This document shows positions 57,401 through 64,000 of a stretch of DNA of 64,000 bases, one piece after another. Under the pieces are notes generated by a model. The model ran no database searches. It saw only the letters and a program-made list of their open reading frames with translations, and was not told where the DNA came from. The stretch is from positions 81,964,001 through 82,028,000 of the forward strand of contig NC_087439.1 in NCBI RefSeq assembly GCF_036321535.1, given 5' to 3'. The position numbers and the translations under genes are program-made. How positions within the stretch are numbered: position 1 is the stretch's first letter; each line of letters opens with the position of its first letter. Source of the DNA: Camelus dromedarius. Its lineage: Eukaryota.

Positions 57401-60400
57401 CCTTACTTCTGGTCAGTGACAATGTAGCCGTATTCCTCTGCTGATGGCTGAGTGGAGGGCTGCCCTGCTGCTGTGGGCTGGCTCTGGCCCAGTGGACTTT
57501 TCTTCTCCAGTAGGACATGTGTGGCAGGCGGGTCGGCAGCTTTTGGAGTCCCAGAGGATCCAGAGCTCAGTTCCTGCTGGGCTTTATTGGAGGTGGGGCC
57601 GGCAGTGGGGGATCCAGGCAGGGAAGGGGTGGAGGGTGGAGGCTCCAGTGCGTCTACACCCTGCACCTGCTCCTCCATTGTCTGTTTAGAAGAGAGGATA
57701 GAGGTGTGGTCTCTGGACAGTGGAGGGGCTTAGGGGAGGGGGGTCCACACCCTGGACTGTTGTCTCCCACCGTGGTGCTTAGGACTTGTTCCTCTTCCTA
57801 TCCCTAGGCCCAGGTCAGTGTTGGGTACAGAGAGGGCATCCAGGAAAGTGAGCCCAGTGGATGAATGAATGAATGAATGAATGAGTGATTATTCATGATC
57901 AGTAATCATCCACAGGATGGGGATGGAGTGAGGAGAAATTCCAGAGCAGGGAATGTGGGGGGTGAGGATAGAAGATGAACAGGCAAGCTATGGTTTGCAG
58001 ACTTTTGTTGAGCCACAAAATCTTAGAATTCCAACACGTGAAACAGAGCGCCTCAAGCAGCAGGGCATCAGGAGCCTGCCTGCTTGCAACTCCCCCTTCC
58101 CCTAGGGATCCTCAGAGCATGGTCTAAAATGACTGTCGTAAAAAAAGCAGTCAATCAAGAATTCTGGCTTCTCATTCCCGCTCTGCCTTCAACTTGAGGT
58201 GAGACCTTAGACAACACCTTGCAGCTTCTGGGCCATGGTTCCCTCCAAAATGGGGGCTTGGAGCATACAGATTCTGGGTCCTGATCATGAGGTTTAGCTT
58301 TCAGCCAAGGGGGTTTGCTGCTGTGGGGCACATATGGGTCAAGGAGGTGCCGCAAACTCACTTTCTTGATGTCAGCTCCAACGTTTACAACCCCTCCTGC
58401 AGAGACAGGAAAAACAAGACTCTGGGCAAAGGGCCAAGGCCAAGGTCCACACAGTGCAGGTGGGAGAAAAGGCCTGTTACATCATTTGTGGCCTTTTTCC
58501 TCACAGTCAGTGACCAAGACCCTGTCGTTGGTCTCATCCTAAGCACAGCCTCATGCCTGTGTGCTTCTGCCTTCTAATTCATTGTTTTATCAATTCCTCC
58601 CTCTGTTATTGGCCACACTTCTCAAAGCTATTCTTTGTTCAGTCCTCCCTCTTTCCATCAATTATTGGCTTCTCCTTTGCATTGGCCATGCCCCTCCTTA
58701 GCTCCTCATTATCTCCCACCCAGCCTTCTCCCTGCTCCTGATCTTGGCTCATACCCACTGTTGGCTTCTTTTTCTATTACTTCCATCTTCCAGTCCTTTA
58801 CTGCTCTAATTCCTCAGCTCACCACCCCAAACTCTGCTCCCTGCCCTTGGGACAAAGATGACCCTGTGCCTCAAAAGAACTCCCTCCCCTGACCTTGGCC
58901 CTTCCCCTCTAGGCTGCTTCCTTTGTTCTAGAGAAGTGAGGTTAGAGGCTTCCATGGGGTTGGTCGTTGCTGGTCACTCTGCCTGGACACTCACCCAGAT
59001 TTCGTCCTGCACTCTTAGGCAGCAGCTGCAGCAGGGTCGAGAGGGTGGAGAGCTGCTCAGGGGTCAGCTGACGCAGCTCCACCCCGTAGCCCGCCAGCAC
59101 AGCCGCCAGTCTCTGCAGAGTCACATCTGCTGGGAACCAGACACAGAGCTTAGGCCTGGTATGGAGATGAACTTGGGGGGGTGCATTTGGGAGTGAGGGG
59201 GCCAGCACATGTGAGAGTTTCTTCTCAAACACCAGGACACTGATGCCCTCCCCTTCCCATCTTTGTCTATACTTAGGAGGAAAGAACTTCCTGGTGCCAA
59301 GACCAAGCTTCAGGCTCAGGAAGGACTTCTTGATTCCCCAGCTGAAGAAGAGTCATGTCAGCTTCACCCCTCACCGTATCCCCACTGCCTACCTAGTGCC
59401 TGGCATAGTTCAGGTTGTCAGCAGACATTAGTTAAATGCACGAATGACTTTAAGGACAAATTAACAAATGCATGGATAGTCAGGAAGGACCCCCACTTCG
59501 CACCCCGCAGGAAGCAGCCCCAGAGGCAGGGAGTGGATGCTGAGCACTCTGTTACCTGGCTGCTCTGCTCGGGAAGGAGGCTTCTCCCTGTGGCCCTCTA
59601 GTCCTTCCTCCTCATAGCCCTCTGAGGAGTCCTCTGCCCGGCTGCTGCCCCCTTGCTCTGGCAGCCTTGGTGCCCTGGCCCTGCTGGGCACTTGTGGCTC
59701 CTGGGCCAGGTATAGCAGCCTTGACTCCTGGAAAAGCTGAGCAGGTGGAGGCCCTGGAGGGTCCCCATAGGAGAGGCCAGGGTGAGCCCCGAACATGCCT
59801 TTGGAGGCAGTTCTGCTGAAGAGGGCAGAGGGTTCAGCCTTGGACAGGGGGCCAACACTGACCATCCCTGAGGAGCTCTCTGAGCCCCGGGAGCCGTCGC
59901 GGGAGCCAAACTGTGGGAAACCAGAGACTGGGATAAGAGCGGATGTCAGGGACAGAGGACACGGGGGTTGAGGTGGGGCCAGTGTCTCGGGCTCACCTGA
60001 TGGAATAGGTAGGGCTGCAGCAGGGCAGGTTCATAACTCAGGGCAGGGTGTGGGGGCTGTGGGGGCAGCAGCAGATGCTCCAAGAGAGGGGGCAGCAGCT
60101 CAGCCTGCAGAGGGGACAGGGAGGAGCCCGCCCCAGCTCCGCCCCCACCTACTGGAGGTCGAGGAAGCCGGTGCTGGGGAGCAGGAGCGGAGCTAGTGGG
60201 GACGCCCTGTAAAAGCAGCTCCCCAGTGGGACCAGGTCTCCTGGGCACCAAGCCAGATCTGGGGAGGAAAGCAAAGTGTGTGTGTGTGTGTGTTTGTGTA
60301 TGTGTGTGTGTTGGTTGTGTGGGGCAGAGCCTACGAGACAGAGAGAAGGGGCCAGGCAGGCTTAGCTTAGGGTGAGCCTGACTTTGTAAGAGATGAGGTA

Positions 60401-61239
60401 GCCTCAGGAAAGGAGGGAGTAGCATGGGGAAGGCCAGAGGGCCAAGCCTGGGGCAGAGGTCATTGCCTCCCTGGTAAGCATGCCTGGGTCCCTGAAACAC
60501 AGTGGCAGAACTGATGAAGCGTGAGGCTATGGGACAGAGAAAGGGAGAACAGTAGCAGGGAAAGGCAGCCAGGAACCTCTCTAGACCAACTCTGGCTGCA
60601 GCTTGCCTCACTGTCCCGGTGTGCATGTCCCCGCACCTGGGTCTCCAAGTACACGTTCAAACATTCAGTACTGTGCCCCCTCACTCTGCCCCCCCGGCCC
60701 CACTGTGCCTTCTTTATTTGGTATTATCATTTGAGCCCCAAGCCCTCATTTACTTTCCTCTGCTTTACAGGGTCTGAATGATGCCTTCAGAGACCCTAAC
60801 CACAAAAAGATGATGGTACCTCCTACCATATACAATTCCACATAGTAATCAAACTGAACATTAAACAACTTAGGTCCAGCAAAATTCTAATTTGTTTCAT
60901 GATGACTACTTTGATGCTTCTTTTAAAATTCCAAATGTCCAAATATTTCAAAACATCTTTTAATGTCTCTGTTTAGCTGGGTCCCCGGGGATGAACTCAG
61001 CTTATGTTGGGCATGTGAACATGTCAGATGACCACTCCAGAACCTCTTTTACCCATGCCCCAGCCTGCTTCGTGCCCACTTCCCTCTGTCCATCAGACCC
61101 AGCAGCCTTGTCATGCTAGAGCTGATGAGAAAGGATGCCTACCTGTCCCTTGGATGGGGCTCTGGGGGGCGAAGCCTGGGAATGCGCTCCATCTCCTGGG
61201 AGATCACATACTGGGTGAGGTCATCGTGCCAGGACAGTC
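48436..61239 (-). CDS. PTPRN: Receptor-type tyrosine-protein phosphatase-like N (IA-2/ICA512), exons 4-23; exons 1-3 lie beyond the window
   Basis: Twenty phase-consistent exons: 61239-61143, 60258-59997, 59910-59556, 59126-58995, 58396-58362, 57681-57407, 57190-57104, 56782-56703, 56533-56469, 55827-55609, 55169-54969, 54868-54721, 54577-54504, 54276-54199, 54087-53968, 52961-52795, 49763-49710, 49054-48990, 48777-48704, 48507-48436. They give LEKKSP (dibasic processing site), a TM segment [26 protein letters not shown] motifs DYINAS, YIATQGP, WPAEG and [10 protein letters not shown], and the end [12 protein letters not shown]. Confidence 0.97.
49375..49555 (-). mobile_element. MER58-like hAT/Charlie relic
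   Basis: ttaaaaatgtaaacatcattcttagctcatgg.cc...gaatttggcccatgggctgtagtttgc resembles the reverse complement of the MER58 5' end (from memory). Confidence 0.55.
49950..50150 (+). mobile_element. MIR
   Basis: atttaacctctttgagcctcagttttcctacctgtaaaatggggatgataa...atgagataat...ctggcatacagtagatgctca core. Confidence 0.75.
51873..52420 (+). repeat. GA-rich low-complexity polypurine tract in PTPRN intron 19
   Basis: About 550 nt, largely A/G on + (CU-rich on the transcript), adjacent to a 148-nt N-run. Confidence 0.85.
60276..60310. repeat. (TG/CA)n microsatellite next to the PTPRN exon 5 acceptor
   Basis: gtgtgtgtgtgtgtgtgtttgtgtatgtgtgtgtg, ending 16 nt before the AG on the - strand. Confidence 0.9.
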
Positions 61240-61419
61240 CTGCCAGGGAGCAGGATAGGGTGAGATGGTTGGCTTGGGACAGTCTGAGAGCCCAGTAACA
61301 GGGAACAGTGCAGATAAAAACTGCACCCCCTACCTTGCAGTGTACTGAATTTGGCAGAGCAGAAGAGCAGTGGAGGGAGTTTGGAGACTCAGTGGGTGAT
61401 CTGAGCTGTCCTTTTCCCA

Positions 61420-61625
61420 CCCTCAGGTATAGATTTGGGAGTGAGACTTGGTTTAAATCCTCTGCCACTTACTAATTGTGTGACCTTGGCTGAACCTGTC
61501 TGAGCCTCAGTTCTTTCATCTGAAAAATGGGGGTTTATAACCTGCTAAGATTGTTGTGATAAATAACACAACATTAAATAGTTACAATAGTACCTGATAC
61601 ATAGTGCGCTTTCCATAACTGCTAT
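61420..61625 (+). mobile_element. MIR
   Basis: gacttggtttaaatcctctgccacttactaattgtgtgaccttggc...tctgagcctcagttctttcatctgaaaaatggggg core. Confidence 0.75.
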
Positions 61626-62029
61626 TATTATCATCATCATAATTATTATTCATCTTCTTCTTTTTTTTGGCCCTGAACCTTTGTTTTCTTTATATGTAAA
61701 ATAAGAATAATACATACTTTATGGATCTGTAGTAAAGATTAAATGCAATCAGGGAAATCAAAGTGCTTGGAAAACTCCAGGGCACTATACACCTGTTTTA
61801 AACATTTGTCATCACCATCTTATGCTGAGGCAGATCTGTTTGGCTGCTTCCCTCAATGCAACTCTGCTCTCAGGAAAGGTCAGTCACCTATTCTAAAGGA
61901 ATAATCTCCCACTCTCCACACCCACTCCCCCATTCCTTTTCCCCTGCTTCTGGGTTAATAATCTGTACTGTTCTTAATTCACACCCTGGGGTCTACTAGC
62001 ATCCATACCAGCCTTTTTGCCTATTAGCA

Positions 62030-63770
62030 TTAGATGAAATCTCTGTGTTCCTATATAAGGCCAGTTCCTCCACTTGAGTACTAGATTTCATCCGTACCAC
62101 CTACTCAGGAAAATCTTCCCCCTAATCCTCCCCTTTTTCCTACATCATCATTTTCTCCTGTTCTCTACTGAATTATTCCCATTAGCACACAAACATGATG
62201 CAATGTCTTCCATCTTATAAAAATTCTGCTTGATCCTACATTCCCCTCCATCTGTCACCCTGTCTTTGCTTTTCTTTGCAGCAAGACTCTTTGAAAGTGT
62301 TACCTATACTGGCTATATCCAATTCCTCTCCTCCCATTCTCCTTTAATCCACCCTACCCAGGATTTTATTTCCAACTATTCTACTAAAACTGCTTTCATC
62401 AAGATCAGCAGGGGCTTCTGTATATCTAAATTCAGTGGTCAATTCTCAGATGTCATCTGATTTAACCTACCACCATCATTTGATCACTCTTTCCTCCTTG
62501 ATACACTTTCTCTTGGCTTCCAGGACACCAGACAGTCTTGTTTTTCCTCCTACCTCACTGGCTCCTCCTTCTCAGTGTCCCTTGATAGTTCTACTCCTTC
62601 TCCTCATCCTCTTAATATTAGAATTCTCTAGGGGTCTTCTTCATAAACACTCAATCCTTTGATTATTTCATCCATCTCAAGGTTTTAATTACCATCTATA
62701 TATCAAAGAATTCCAAATTTATATCTCCACTCCAGACCTTTCTCTTTCTAAACCCAGGATTATGTACTCAACTTCCCACTCTATTTGAATGGCTATCTTA
62801 AACTCAGAACATTCAAAACTGAACACCCCTTACCCCCAGTTGATCCTTCAACATAGTTAATGACATGTCCATCAACTCAGTTGTTCAGGCGATAAAACCT
62901 GAGTGTCACCTTGACTCCTCCCTTTCTTTCATGGCTGTATCCAATATTTCATGAAATCATGCTCACTACCTTAAAAATATAGGCAGAATCCTGTCATTTC
63001 TCATTACCTCCCTGCAACCACCCTCATCCACACCTATTCTTCACTTATATGAGTTATTGTGGTAGCTTTTAATGTTTAGTGCTCTGTTTCTACCCTTGAC
63101 TCCATACACTCTGTTCTTAACACAGCAGCAAGAGTAATCCTTTTAAAGTAGAAGTGAGATCACGCACCCTTATGCTCAAACCTTGTGATGGTTTCCTCTT
63201 TTACTCAGAGTAATGCCAATGTCCATGCATTCTCTTATAAAATCCTAGAGGAAAATAATTCTCCTTCACCTACCTGACTGCATCTTCTACTCTGCTTCTC
63301 CATCACTCCTCTACAGCCACACTGTAAAGGTGTTCTCCATGGTGTTCCTCAAAGTCATGTTCCTACTTTAGGGAGCATGTTCTAGCTCTCTGGATACCTT
63401 AAACACTCTTCCCCTAGATAACCTTCTGGAAAACACCCTCACCTCCTTGATGTCTTTATTTAAATTTCATAGTCCCAATAAGTTCCATCTTGACCACTCA
63501 ATTTAATCCTGCAGCTTCCTACCTCACTATTTCTGATTCCTTTATCTTACTGTAGTATTTGTTTTTTTCATGATACTTATTACCTTTTAATACACTATAT
63601 ATTTTCTAATTTATATAATGTATTCCCTCCCTTCACCCCCGAATGTAAACCCCAATAGGCAGACATCTTTGTCTGTTTTACTCCTTGATACATCCCAAGC
63701 ACCTAAAACTATGTTGGCCACACAGAAGTACCCAATAAATACTGGTTGAATGAGTGAATTGGATGCATGG
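62030..63770 (+). mobile_element. Long L2 LINE fragment in PTPRN intron 3
   Basis: L2 ORF2/3' phrases (ctctttgaaagtgttacctatact, ctactaaaactgctttcatcaag, tctaaattcagtggtcaattctcag, aaaacctgagtgtcaccttgactcctcc) ending with cacagaagtacccaataaatactggttgaatgagtgaa. Confidence 0.65.
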
Positions 63771-64000
63771 GCTGTTCTGGCTGAGGACTCCAGAACTCAT
63801 GGTTCTGGAGCACTCAGTCAGTTCTAGAGATTAGGCTGGTCCTAAAGAGATGGATGCTGGTCTGTTACAGTGGCTTCTTCTAAAAACCTCCTTTGGATTC
63901 CTCCAGAGAGTCTACATGGGAAAAGCCTATCTCTACCGCTCCACCCCCACTCCTGTCTCCTCCAGCAAGGCCTGGGAAGGTGAGGCACTAGAGTGGGTGT

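Overview
Mammalian genomic DNA with spliced genes, most likely a camelid (four copies of a tRNA-derived SINE of the camelid Vic-1 type; inference). It is the conserved block ANKZF1 (+, 3' part) - GLB1L (-) - STK16 (+) - TUBA4A (-) - a second alpha-tubulin (+, at the position of human TUBA4B, resembling bovine TUBA1D) - DNAJB2 (+) - PTPRN/IA-2 (-, exons 4-23, 5' end outside the window). I traced exons by hand using GT/AG junctions and phase continuity. Eight of the nine N-runs lie inside genes; those in the tubulin exons appear length-preserving because the frame is kept across them. Introns and intergenic DNA carry MIR, L2, L1, MaLR/MER21-type LTR and hAT relics, named from remembered consensus features and therefore tentative. 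I found no wholly new biological system. The most notable points are: an apparently intact 452-aa alpha-tubulin with its own TATA and single-codon exon 1; signs of gene conversion between the two inverted tubulin genes; a 16-bp palindrome that places ATG plus a splice donor on both strands at the TUBA4A start; a stray copy of a DNAJB2 exon/intron junction; back-to-back ANKZF1/GLB1L polyA signals; and an N-gap where miR-153-1 would be expected. Most ORFs in the supplied track are spurious reads through introns or antisense strands.
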